From an uncultured Clostridiaceae bacterium (GTDB lineage Bacteria > Bacillota > Clostridia > TANB77 > CAG-508): DNA of 64,000 nucleotides. The DNA lies in contig CAKNOI010000005.1 of NCBI GenBank assembly GCA_930990125.1, forward strand, positions 1,738 to 65,737, read 5' to 3'. A program made the translations under genes and the position numbers. Below are positions 10,921 to 19,155 of the stretch, one piece after another. Under the pieces are notes generated by a model. That model worked only from the letters and a program-made list of their open reading frames with translations, ran no database searches and had not been told where the DNA came from. How positions within the stretch are numbered: the first letter of the stretch is position 1; each line of letters starts with the position of its first letter.

Positions 10921-10952
10921 AAAAAATCTTCTGATTAAAAAATCTTCTGATT
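10921..10952. repeat. perfect tandem duplication, 2 x 16 nt (AAAAAATCTTCTGATT)
   Basis: Read directly: 10921-10936 equals 10937-10952. Lies in a divergent intergenic region. Confidence 0.9.
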
Positions 10953-11001
10953 AAAAAACTTTTTTTAGGCAATACTATAACTAGGGAGGGAGAGTGTAGG
11001 T

Positions 11002-11637
11002 ATGATATGGATTTTAATAACACTAGGTGTGATTATTGCTTTGTTTTTAATTTTTTTCTTTATCTTATCTTCCGAAATTGATATAAAGTTAGAAAATATC
11101 AAAATAGAAAGTGGAAAACCAATTGCCACTAGAGAGTTTTCCATTATTGTCTTCGTAAAAGCACTAGGGAAAATTCCTTTGTTTACCTATACTCTTCCTA
11201 CTCAAAAATGGATTACCAAAATAAAAGACAAAGAGTGGGAACAAAAAAATATTAAAACAGTACAAAATTTAGGTGGATTTTCTTTTTTACGTGAAGTACA
11301 AAAATTGTTAAAGATACGACTTCGTAAATTGCATTTAAAAGCCACTATAGGAATAGAAGATGCTGTTCTTACTTCCTTATTAGTAGGAATATTAGGAGCA
11401 ATTCTTTCTATTTTACTTCCTAAGGTGGCTATTCCGGGGAAAGAGAAAAATTACTATTACGAAATCCAGCCAAATTTTTATGAAAATATGTACAAAATTG
11501 ATTTAGACTGTATAATTAGCGTAAAAATGGTACATATTATATCTGTAATATATATGGTATTCAAAAAGAAAGGGGAGAAGAAACATGAGCGAACATCCAA
11601 TAGAAGGTCTTATGAATACGGCTATGAACAGTATTAA
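11002..11637 (+). CDS. DUF2953/YtfI-like sporulation-associated membrane protein
   Basis: N-terminal TM segment, and the position immediately upstream of and overlapping a YtfJ/GerW homologue is the conserved ytfI-ytfJ arrangement. Confidence 0.6.
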   Translation: MIWILITLGVIIALFLIFFFILSSEIDIKLENIKIESGKPIATREFSIIVFVKALGKIPLFTYTLPTQKWITKIKDKEWEQKNIKTVQNLGGFSFLREVQKLLKIRLRKLHLKATIGIEDAVLTSLLVGILGAILSILLPKVAIPGKEKNYYYEIQPNFYENMYKIDLDCIISVKMVHIISVIYMVFKKKGEKKHERTSNRRSYEYGYEQY

Positions 11638-12229
11638 AGATATGGTGGATGTAAACACCATTATTGGAGAGCCAATTGAAACTTCAAATAATATTATCAT
11701 TATACCAATTTCCAAAGTGGGATTTGGATTTGCAGCAGGGGGAAGCGAATTTAAAGGAGAAACCGTAAACGAATACACTAAAAAGGAGAAAGAAGAAGAA
11801 ATACAATATAGACTACCATTTGGTGGAGGTAGTGGAGCTGGTGTTTGCATTACACCAATTGCTTTTTTAGTAGTACAAGGAGGTAATGTAAAACTATTGC
11901 CAGTAAGTCATAGTTCTGCTATTGATAAATTATTAGACTATGTACCAGATTTAATAGAAAAAGTAAACACTATGCTGAATAAAACAATACAAAATAAAAA
12001 AGAAGAAGCACAAAGAAGAGATAAAATTGTAGAAAAGCTAGATAAGCAAACTTTAAACCATATTGTAAAAGAAACGGCATCTAAGCCAGCGCAAGTAGTA
12101 AACAATATTGTTAAAACAAAACCGAAAAAAAATAAAGCGGTTAAACCAGTGCAAAGTTATGAGTTTGAATATGATGAAACAATACCAGTAGAAAACTATT
12201 TAGAAGAGGACGACGAGCCAGAGGAGTAA
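11585..12229 (+). CDS. ytfJ: GerW/YtfJ family sporulation protein with K/E-rich C-terminal extension
   Basis: HPIEGLMNTAMNSIKDMVDVNTIIGEPIE...IIPISKVGFGFAAGGSEF is the YtfJ/GerW core. GGGGAGAAG SD. Confidence 0.8.
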   Translation: MSEHPIEGLMNTAMNSIKDMVDVNTIIGEPIETSNNIIIIPISKVGFGFAAGGSEFKGETVNEYTKKEKEEEIQYRLPFGGGSGAGVCITPIAFLVVQGGNVKLLPVSHSSAIDKLLDYVPDLIEKVNTMLNKTIQNKKEEAQRRDKIVEKLDKQTLNHIVKETASKPAQVVNNIVKTKPKKNKAVKPVQSYEFEYDETIPVENYLEEDDEPEE

Positions 12230-12240
12230 ATAAAAAATAG

Positions 12241-12269
12241 TTGAGATGAAAGCCAAATCATGCTATAAT
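12241..12269 (+). promoter_or_regulatory. near-consensus sigma-A promoter
   Basis: TTGAGA (12241-12246), 17-nt spacer, TATAAT (12264-12269). Confidence 0.65.
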
Positions 12270-12305
12270 AAAATGGTTAAAAAGAGGAAGAGTAGGTGAT
12301 TAAAA

Positions 12306-13763
12306 ATGGCTAGTATTGTTGTAAAAAATTTGAGTTTTTCCTATGATTACGAAGATATTTTTAAAGATGTTTCCTTTACCATAGATACGGATTGGAAATT
12401 AGGACTAATTGGCAGAAATGGAAAAGGAAAAACTACATTATTAAAAATTTTGCAAAACGAATTGCCTTATCAGGGTTCTATTAATACTACAGTGGAGTTT
12501 AGCTATTTCCCATTTCCGGTTAAGAACCCAGATAGGATGACAATTGATATTTTACAAGAAATAGCTCCAGACTGTGAAGAATGGCAAATACGTAAAGAAC
12601 TAAATACTCTAGAATTAGAAGAAGAGGTACTCTACCGAGGGTTTGATACCTTAAGTAATGGCGAACAAATAAAAATGCTGCTAGCATCTATGTTTTTAAG
12701 AGAAAATCAATTTTTATTAATTGATGAACCAACCAATCACCTAGATGCTATGGCGAGGAAAACCATTAGTAAATATCTAAATCATAAAAAAGGATTTATT
12801 GTAGTATCCCATGATAGAGACTTTTTAGATAGCTGTGTGGATCATATTTTAAGTATTAACAACACAGGCATAGAAATTAGGCAAGGGGACTTTTCTACTT
12901 GGAAAGAAAACAAGGAAAGAAAAGACAATTTTGAGCTCGAACAAAATGAAAAGATTAAAAAAGAAATAAAAAGATTAAAACAAGCAAGTTCAAGAAACGA
13001 AAAATGGTCTGATGCTGTAGAAAGAAGTAAAACAGGAGCTTTAGACAAAGGCTATGTAGGACATCAAGCTGCCAAAATGATGAAACGTGCAAAAGTAATA
13101 GAAAAAAGAGTAGAAAAACAGCAAGAACAAAAAGAAGAATTATTAAAAGACATAGAAAAAGCGGAACCTATTATCATGAAACCATTAACATATGGAAAAC
13201 ACAATTTAGTATATATTTCACATTTACAAATACATTATGGTGAAAAAACAGTTTTTAACAATGTAAATCTAGAAGTAAATAAAGAAGACAGAGTAGCTAT
13301 TGTAGGAAAAAACGGTTCAGGAAAATCTAGTCTTTTAAAATTAATTGCTGGAAGAAAAATTGCACATATGGGAGAAATGGGAATAGGAAAGCAAATGAAG
13401 ATTTCCTATGTAAAACAAGATGTATCAGATTTGTCTGGAAATTTAAAAGATTTTGCTAAGAAAAATAAGGTGCAAGAAAGTATCTTAAAATCAACTTTGC
13501 AAAAACTGGGATTTCGAAAAGAAGAGTTTGATAGACCAATAGAAGAATATAGCGAGGGGCAAAAAAAGAAAGTGGCATTAGCCAAAAGCATTTGCGAAGA
13601 AGCGGACCTTTATATATGGGATGAGCCATTAAACTTTATGGACATTTTATCTAGAATGCAAATAGAAGAAATGCTTTTAAAATATAAGCCAACCCTTGTT
13701 TTTGTAGAACACGACGAAGCATTTATCCGAAATGTTGCTACTAAAATTGTAGAAATAAAATAA
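12306..13763 (+). CDS. ABC-F ATPase, Lsa-like ribosomal protection family
   Basis: Two ABC domains with no TM domain. N-terminus FTIDTDWKLGLIGRNGKGKTTLLKIL resembles Lsa-type ARE ABC-F proteins. K/E-rich interdomain linker, 485 aa. Confidence 0.8.
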   Translation: MASIVVKNLSFSYDYEDIFKDVSFTIDTDWKLGLIGRNGKGKTTLLKILQNELPYQGSINTTVEFSYFPFPVKNPDRMTIDILQEIAPDCEEWQIRKELNTLELEEEVLYRGFDTLSNGEQIKMLLASMFLRENQFLLIDEPTNHLDAMARKTISKYLNHKKGFIVVSHDRDFLDSCVDHILSINNTGIEIRQGDFSTWKENKERKDNFELEQNEKIKKEIKRLKQASSRNEKWSDAVERSKTGALDKGYVGHQAAKMMKRAKVIEKRVEKQQEQKEELLKDIEKAEPIIMKPLTYGKHNLVYISHLQIHYGEKTVFNNVNLEVNKEDRVAIVGKNGSGKSSLLKLIAGRKIAHMGEMGIGKQMKISYVKQDVSDLSGNLKDFAKKNKVQESILKSTLQKLGFRKEEFDRPIEEYSEGQKKKVALAKSICEEADLYIWDEPLNFMDILSRMQIEEMLLKYKPTLVFVEHDEAFIRNVATKIVEIK

Positions 13764-13773
13764 TTCTAAACTA

Positions 13774-13826
13774 CCTTCCTTAAGAATATGTATAAATAGT
13801 AATAGATATTCTTAAGGGAGGTTTTT
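13774..13826 (+). terminator. 16-bp hairpin plus T-run; its 3' arm contains the SD of the downstream carboxypeptidase gene
   Basis: CCTTCCTTAAGAATAT (13774-13789) pairs with ATATTCTTAAGGGAGG (13806-13821), with one G-U pair, then TTTTT. ATG at 13829. Confidence 0.65.
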
Positions 13827-13828
13827 AT

Positions 13829-15103
13829 ATGCAGGTACAGAAGAAATTACAAATAGGAATTTGTATCAGTTTGGTTCTTTGTATTCTTTTTGCTCCAAGC
13901 ATAAGGGCAGAAGATGAAACTATGTATGTGTGGAATAATAATAGTAATAAAATAGATACCAGTAATCGAACTACAGACGCTGTGCAAACAGCAGTAACTA
14001 TGTCAGATGAGTTACCCAATACAACAGATACATTAGGGTTAAGTTCTGGAAGTGCCATTTTAATAGAACAAAATACAGGTAAAATATTATATGGTAAAAA
14101 TATTCACGAAAAATTAAGACCAGCTAGTGTTACAAAAGTAATGAGCATTTTATTAATTATGGAAGCAATAGACTCTGGTAGGCTTTCTTACACAGACACT
14201 ATTCCTTGTAGCGAAAATGCAGCCAATATGGGTGGTTCTCAAATTTGGTTAGATGTAAAAGAAACATTAACCGTAGATGAAATGCTAAAGGCAATCTGTG
14301 TATCTTCCGCAAATGACTGTACAGTAGCTCTCGCCGAGTATTTAGCAGGAAGTACAGATGCTTTTGTAGAACAAATGAATCAAAAGGCAAAAGAATTAGG
14401 CATGAATGATACTACTTTTAAAAATTGCCATGGACTAGATGAAGATGGACATGTGACATCTAGTTACGATATTGCGGTAATGTCTAGAGAATTACTAACC
14501 AAACATCCAGACATTACAAAATACACTACTATTTGGATGGACTCTTTAAGAGACGGGAAAAGTGAATTAGTAAACACCAACAAACTAATTCGTAACTATA
14601 GCGGAGCAACAGGATTAAAAACAGGTTCTACTTCTTTAGCATTATATAACTTATCCGCCAGTGCCACAAGAAATAACCTAAGCCTGATTGCTGTTATTAT
14701 GAAAGCTCCAACGACCAAAGAAAGATTTAACGAAGCGCAAAAATTATTAGACTATGGATTTAACAATTACTCCTATCAATCGTTAAGTAAGCAAGGAGAA
14801 GAAGTAGGAACAGTAACAGTAAGTAAAGGAATAGAAAAAGAAGTAAAAGCAGTATTAGAAAAAGACTGCAGAACCTTATTAAAAAAAGGAGAAGAAAAAG
14901 GAATCACACAAGAAATCCACTTAGAAGAAAACAAAACAGCACCAATTCAAAAAGGAGAAAAAATAGGAGAAATAACCTATTCGTTAAATGGAGAAGTAAT
15001 CGATAAAGTAAACGTAGTAGCAGAAAAAGAAATACCACAAATAGGCTTTACCAGTATGTTAAGCCATTTGGTATATCAATGGTTTACTTTGTATAGGACA
15101 TAA
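13829..15103 (+). CDS. D-alanyl-D-alanine carboxypeptidase (PBP5/DacB-DacF type serine peptidase S11)
   Basis: Signal peptide, SxxK (ASVTKVMS), SxN (SSAND), KTG (LKTGST), and a C-terminal PBP5_C-like domain. Confidence 0.9.
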   Translation: MQVQKKLQIGICISLVLCILFAPSIRAEDETMYVWNNNSNKIDTSNRTTDAVQTAVTMSDELPNTTDTLGLSSGSAILIEQNTGKILYGKNIHEKLRPASVTKVMSILLIMEAIDSGRLSYTDTIPCSENAANMGGSQIWLDVKETLTVDEMLKAICVSSANDCTVALAEYLAGSTDAFVEQMNQKAKELGMNDTTFKNCHGLDEDGHVTSSYDIAVMSRELLTKHPDITKYTTIWMDSLRDGKSELVNTNKLIRNYSGATGLKTGSTSLALYNLSASATRNNLSLIAVIMKAPTTKERFNEAQKLLDYGFNNYSYQSLSKQGEEVGTVTVSKGIEKEVKAVLEKDCRTLLKKGEEKGITQEIHLEENKTAPIQKGEKIGEITYSLNGEVIDKVNVVAEKEIPQIGFTSMLSHLVYQWFTLYRT

Positions 15104-15130
15104 AAGTAGAAAGAAGAAAATAAAATAGAT

Positions 15131-15187
15131 AAAAAAATCAAAAAATTATACATATTTTTTAAATATGTATAATTTTTTTGATTTTTT
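15131..15187. terminator. long A/T-rich bidirectional terminator palindrome
   Basis: AAAAAATCAAAAAATTATACATAT ... ATATGTATAATTTTTTTGATTTTTT, between convergent genes. Confidence 0.6.
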
Positions 15188-15200
15188 ATACATGTTTTAC

Positions 15201-16442
15201 TTACTCTTCTTGTATTGTTACTAACTTATGCGTATAATCCAAATTTGCGACAGAGTCGTATTCATAACCTAGGGTATATACATTGGTTGCAAAGATATCT
15301 TTTTGTAACATTGTGTGTAGTGTTTTATTGGAGTTGGTGTCCATAAAACGTTTTACCGAAGTAATAATAGGCAATTTCGGGTTAGAGATAGCAATGTCAG
15401 AAAGAAGTTTTTTGCCATTTTCGTTTAATGCAAGTACACGAATGTATGGTGTTATTTTTCGTGATGCAAGCATTTCTTTTTTGGTGATTCCAAGTAGAGT
15501 ATATAGTAAAATTCTTCGTATTCTGGTTTCGGTATATCGCTTGGTTTTTATTTTCGCAATTAGTTCTGTGACGGAATTGCAAGAATTGGCAGATTCTTTA
15601 ATAAGATGTTCTAGTCCTTCGGAAACGTCTGGCAGGGCAGCAATTTCTTCTAATGACATTTTTCTTAAACAATATAGTATTTCTTTTTCAAAGGTACTTA
15701 AAGAAAATACCATGTTTCCTTTTCTACTACAATCTTCTAAAATAGCAAAAGAAGGTTTTGGAAGAAGAGAAGCGGTATCCTGCAATTTATTTCTTGAAAG
15801 AATTTTACGAATATAGCTAGCACTTGCAATATTATTTGCTATCTTTAGTTCATCATGTTTTGGACCTAATCTTTCAATCGTAAATGGAACCATACTACTA
15901 CGAAGCTTTTTTATTGCTTTTAAGTATTCTATTCCTAAAATATTATTAGGAGAAGAAAGTACATTAGCATATCTTCTAATATCATTTAAGTACATCAAAA
16001 GTGCATTTTCTCTTGCTTTAGGATAAGAAATACCTTTACTTAGTTCATGGTTTAAAATAGAAATATATTCGGCTGGTTCGCGGTATAAAATTTCAGCAAA
16101 CTCATTTAATACATCAAGACTTGCCACTTCACTTCCAAAAGAAAAGGTATCCACAATAGAGAGAGAATCTAATACTTTAATAGCTCCTTCTGCAAAATTT
16201 TCTGCACTAGATATGCTATAAACAGTAGGGAGTTCTATTACTAAATCTACACCACTTCGTACTGCCATTTCTGCTCTAGACCATTTATCTACAATAGCAG
16301 GTTCCCCACGTTGCATAAAATTACCACTCATAACAGCAATCGCATAATTACATCCAGACTGCTTTTTCGATTCCATTAAATGATAAAAATGTCCTTGATG
16401 AAAAGGATTATATTCCGCAATAATACCCAAAACCCCAGACAT
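15201..16442 (-). CDS. tmcAL: tRNA(Met) cytidine acetate ligase TmcAL (UPF0348/YlbM nucleotidyltransferase)
   Basis: GIIAEYNPFHQGHFYHL (HxGH nucleotidyltransferase motif), about 410 aa. Start is placed at MSGVLG (ATG 16442) behind a GGAGGAAG SD. Confidence 0.85.
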   Translation of the reverse strand: MSGVLGIIAEYNPFHQGHFYHLMESKKQSGCNYAIAVMSGNFMQRGEPAIVDKWSRAEMAVRSGVDLVIELPTVYSISSAENFAEGAIKVLDSLSIVDTFSFGSEVASLDVLNEFAEILYREPAEYISILNHELSKGISYPKARENALLMYLNDIRRYANVLSSPNNILGIEYLKAIKKLRSSMVPFTIERLGPKHDELKIANNIASASYIRKILSRNKLQDTASLLPKPSFAILEDCSRKGNMVFSLSTFEKEILYCLRKMSLEEIAALPDVSEGLEHLIKESANSCNSVTELIAKIKTKRYTETRIRRILLYTLLGITKKEMLASRKITPYIRVLALNENGKKLLSDIAISNPKLPIITSVKRFMDTNSNKTLHTMLQKDIFATNVYTLGYEYDSVANLDYTHKLVTIQEE

Positions 16443-16488
16443 ATACTTCCTCCTTCTATTACTGTTTAATGGTATGTACACATTTAAA

Positions 16489-16583
16489 GTCCGCGTAGGG
16501 TATAGTTATAAAAAAATCGAACGGAGCAGGGAGCTCCGCCTAAGACGGAGTGAGATTTTTTTATAACTATGCCCGTACAGGAC
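16489..16583. other. GC-rich structured element (possible attenuator, sRNA or MITE-like repeat), unclassified
   Basis: A 17-18-bp A7/T7-containing helix (16501-18 with 16554-70) is closed by outer GGG/CCC (16498-16500 with 16572-16574) and GTCC/GGAC pairs. It encloses CGGAGC-AGGGA-GCTCCG-CCTAAGA-CGGAG, which can form two mutually exclusive hairpins. Confidence 0.5.
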
Positions 16584-16696
16584 AAACGTACTTTGAATCC
16601 ATTAAACAGTAAAATCTTTTTACAAGAATTGTTTTTTGTATAATTTATTGATATAATATCATAAAAGAAAAATTTTGACAAATGGAAGGATAAAAA

Positions 16697-17131
16697 ATGG
16701 AAAAAGTAACAATTTATACCGATGGTGCTTGTTCTGGAAATCCAGGTCCGGGTGGATGGGGAGCCATTCTTATGTATCAAGGACATAGTAAAGAAATTTC
16801 TGGTGGGAAAAAGGATACTACCAATAATGTTATGGAACTTACTGCTGCAATAGAGGGGCTTAAATTATTAAAATTTCCATGTGAGGTTAGTTTATATAGC
16901 GATAGTGCTTATTTAGTAAATGCATTTCAACAAGGTTGGTTAAAAAGTTGGATAAAAAATGGTTGGAAAACTGCTAGTAAAGAACCAGTGAAAAATAAAG
17001 AGTTATGGGAACAGTTGTATCATTTTACACAAATACATCGCATTCAATTTATTAAAGTAAAAGGACATAGTGATAACCCATATAATAATAGATGTGATGA
17101 ATTAGCAAGAAAAGCTATTACAGAGCTATAA
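16697..17131 (+). CDS. rnhA: ribonuclease HI
   Basis: [20 protein letters not shown] ... ELTAAIEGL ... [16 protein letters not shown] (DEDD catalytic pattern). Confidence 0.92.
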   Translation: MEKVTIYTDGACSGNPGPGGWGAILMYQGHSKEISGGKKDTTNNVMELTAAIEGLKLLKFPCEVSLYSDSAYLVNAFQQGWLKSWIKNGWKTASKEPVKNKELWEQLYHFTQIHRIQFIKVKGHSDNPYNNRCDELARKAITEL

Positions 17132-17145
17132 AGAGGGGGATTAAC

Positions 17146-17625
17146 ATGATTGGATTTTATGCAGGGTCTTTTGATCCATTTACCAATGGACACTTGGCTA
17201 TTGTAGAAAAGGCAACAAAATGCTTTTCTAAAGTAATTGTAGGAATTGGTGTAAATACAGAAAAAACAAGAAGAATTGATGCATTAGAGATGAAACAAGC
17301 CATAGAAAAATCTTTGGAAGAGGCCAACATACAAAATGTAGAAGTGGTTGTGTATCATGGGCTAACAACAGAAGAAGCTCAAAAATATCAATGTGCCTAT
17401 TTAATCAGAGGACTACGCAATGGTACAGATTATCAGTATGAAGAAACAATTGCAACCATTAATGAAGAACACTCTTCATTAGATACATGCTATTTTAGAG
17501 CAGGAAAACTAGGATATCTATCTTCTAGTATGGTAATGGAATTATATACATATGGTAAATCCGTTCAAAAATATGTACCAAAACCAGTGTTGGAAGTATT
17601 AGAAAAAAAGAAAGAAAGGAGATAA
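17146..17625 (+). CDS. coaD: pantetheine-phosphate adenylyltransferase
   Basis: GSFDPFTNGHLAIVEKA (T/HxGH), LIRGLRNGTDYQYE, SSSMV. 159 aa. Confidence 0.9.
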   Translation: MIGFYAGSFDPFTNGHLAIVEKATKCFSKVIVGIGVNTEKTRRIDALEMKQAIEKSLEEANIQNVEVVVYHGLTTEEAQKYQCAYLIRGLRNGTDYQYEETIATINEEHSSLDTCYFRAGKLGYLSSSMVMELYTYGKSVQKYVPKPVLEVLEKKKERR

Positions 17626-17629
17626 TATT

Positions 17630-18214
17630 ATGAAATTAATAGGTTTAACGGGAACATCAGGAGCAGGAAAAAGTACGGTTAGTAAAATCTTACAAGAAGA
17701 ATATGGAGCAGAAATTATTGATGCGGATAAAGTGGCAAAACAATTAACAAAAAAAGGTACTCTTTATACCAAGTCCATTATTAGAAGCTTTGGAGATGAA
17801 ATTTTAGATTGGCAAGGGGAACTAAACCGTAAAAAATTGGCTAATATTATTTATGAAGACGAGAAAAAAAGAGAACAGCTAAATCAGCTTACCTTTATTT
17901 ATGTGGTAGACGAAATAAAAAGACAAATTAATACGTTACATCATAAAAAAATAATTGTAATTGATGCTCCTTTATTATTTGAAAGCAAATTAAATCAAAT
18001 TTGTGATTTTGTTATTGCTGTTATTGCAAAGGAAGAACGAAAAATAGAGCGAATTTGTAATAGAGATGGTATCTCTAGAGAAGATGCTATTCGTAGATTA
18101 CGTGCACAAAAAACAGACGAATTCTTCAAGGAAAACTGTGACTACATCCTAAATAACCAAGAAGAAATAGAGGACTTAAAAGAGCAAATAGCGAACATAA
18201 AAATATTACAATAA
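17630..18214 (+). CDS. coaE: dephospho-CoA kinase
   Basis: IGLTGTSGAGKSTVSKIL P-loop, DADKVA, VIDAPLLFES. 194 aa. Confidence 0.9.
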   Translation: MKLIGLTGTSGAGKSTVSKILQEEYGAEIIDADKVAKQLTKKGTLYTKSIIRSFGDEILDWQGELNRKKLANIIYEDEKKREQLNQLTFIYVVDEIKRQINTLHHKKIIVIDAPLLFESKLNQICDFVIAVIAKEERKIERICNRDGISREDAIRRLRAQKTDEFFKENCDYILNNQEEIEDLKEQIANIKILQ

Positions 18215-18330
18215 TATTACAAATATTACTTTTTTGTAACAATATTGAACTTGCCGTAAAATTGGAATATAATGTAGAAAACAAAGGGTAATTTGCAGGA
18301 AGAGGAAAAGAATGCACATAGGAGGAAATT

Positions 18331-18924
18331 ATGGAAACTTTTGCACAATATATACTTTCCGAGAAAAACCACATACGTAAAATGGAAATTGTATACTATT
18401 TACAAATGAAAACAGGGATTTTCTATGATAAATCGGTAGTATTTAAAACAGAGCTTGCAAAACTATTTTTAGACCATATGCATTTAGATGTAGACGAAAA
18501 CACGGTCCTTACAGCCTGTTTATTATATGCCTGCAAAAAAAGTGATGACCCAACAGATTTAGAAAAAGTAAAATCTTATGCCAAAGATGGAGCAGAGTAT
18601 TTAGCTACTTTGGGATTTCCTAAACGATTTTGCAAAATTTGCGAAGAAGCAAACCGTTATACGGGTAGTACAAATCGTGAAAAAGAAAGTGATATTTTAG
18701 AGCTGGTAGACCAGTTTGGAGGAATGCTATTACATCGTCCAGAAAGAATTGCTTTTAAAATTGATGAAGCAATGGTTCTTTTAGAATACCGAAATCTAAA
18801 AGGAAAAAATAACCGTTATTTAGAAAAATTTAAACAATTTATTGAAATAATGGAAAACTTAAAAGTAAATGGGGTAGGAAATGGTCTTATTACCGATTTA
18901 CAAGAAAGGATGAATGCGGCATGA
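18331..18924 (+). CDS. hypothetical protein (197 aa)
   Basis: AGGAGGAAA SD, coding-like composition, no motif I can assign. Confidence 0.5.
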   Translation: METFAQYILSEKNHIRKMEIVYYLQMKTGIFYDKSVVFKTELAKLFLDHMHLDVDENTVLTACLLYACKKSDDPTDLEKVKSYAKDGAEYLATLGFPKRFCKICEEANRYTGSTNREKESDILELVDQFGGMLLHRPERIAFKIDEAMVLLEYRNLKGKNNRYLEKFKQFIEIMENLKVNGVGNGLITDLQERMNAA

Positions 18925-19088
18925 TAACAGAAGAAATGCAAAAAAGCACCATTAAAGCAATTAAAGAAGCAGCAGCAACAGCTGGAATAGAAGAAAGAGC
19001 TATGCAAGCAAAAAGGGAAGAGAAACCAAAAGAAGAGATAAATCCAAATGAATTAGTGGCACAAATTAAAGAAGAAATGGAAAAATAA
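18921..19088 (+). CDS. small K/E-rich hypothetical protein (55 aa, below the ORF-track cutoff)
   Basis: ATGA start/stop overlap with the preceding ORF. Translation MITEEMQKSTIKAIKEAAATAGIEERAMQAKREEKPKEEINPNELVAQIKEEMEK, followed by a terminator. Confidence 0.35.
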   Translation: MITEEMQKSTIKAIKEAAATAGIEERAMQAKREEKPKEEINPNELVAQIKEEMEK

Positions 19089-19102
19089 ATTACAAAAGAA
19101 AA

Positions 19103-19132
19103 AGAGGTTAATTTACTTAACCTCTTCTATTT
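19103..19132 (+). terminator. Rho-independent terminator (weak T-tail)
   Basis: AGAGGTTAA-TTTAC-TTAACCTCT followed by TCTATTT. Confidence 0.5.
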
Positions 19133-19155
19133 GATGGAAAGAAAGGAAACAAACT

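Noticed and set aside
12272-12298. 8-codon uORF (MVKKRKSR) in front of the ABC-F gene, as a possible antibiotic-sensing leader peptide.
   Set aside because: Its ATG lies only about 3 nt after the -10 box, so it would not be on the mRNA from that promoter. There is also no downstream terminator/antiterminator structure.
16519-16550. Two ACGG motifs (GAACGGAG, AGACGGAG) suggested a guanidine-II (mini-ykkC) riboswitch.
   Set aside because: In mini-ykkC the ACGR is the tetraloop of each hairpin. Here the ACGG sequences sit in stems or junctions with no flanking complementary arms, and the downstream gene (tmcAL) is not a guanidine-related gene.
16484-16786. 100-aa minus-strand ORF covering the GC-rich element and the rnhA start.
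   Set aside because: It overlaps rnhA antisense, has no SD and an odd composition. The region is better explained as structured non-coding DNA/RNA.
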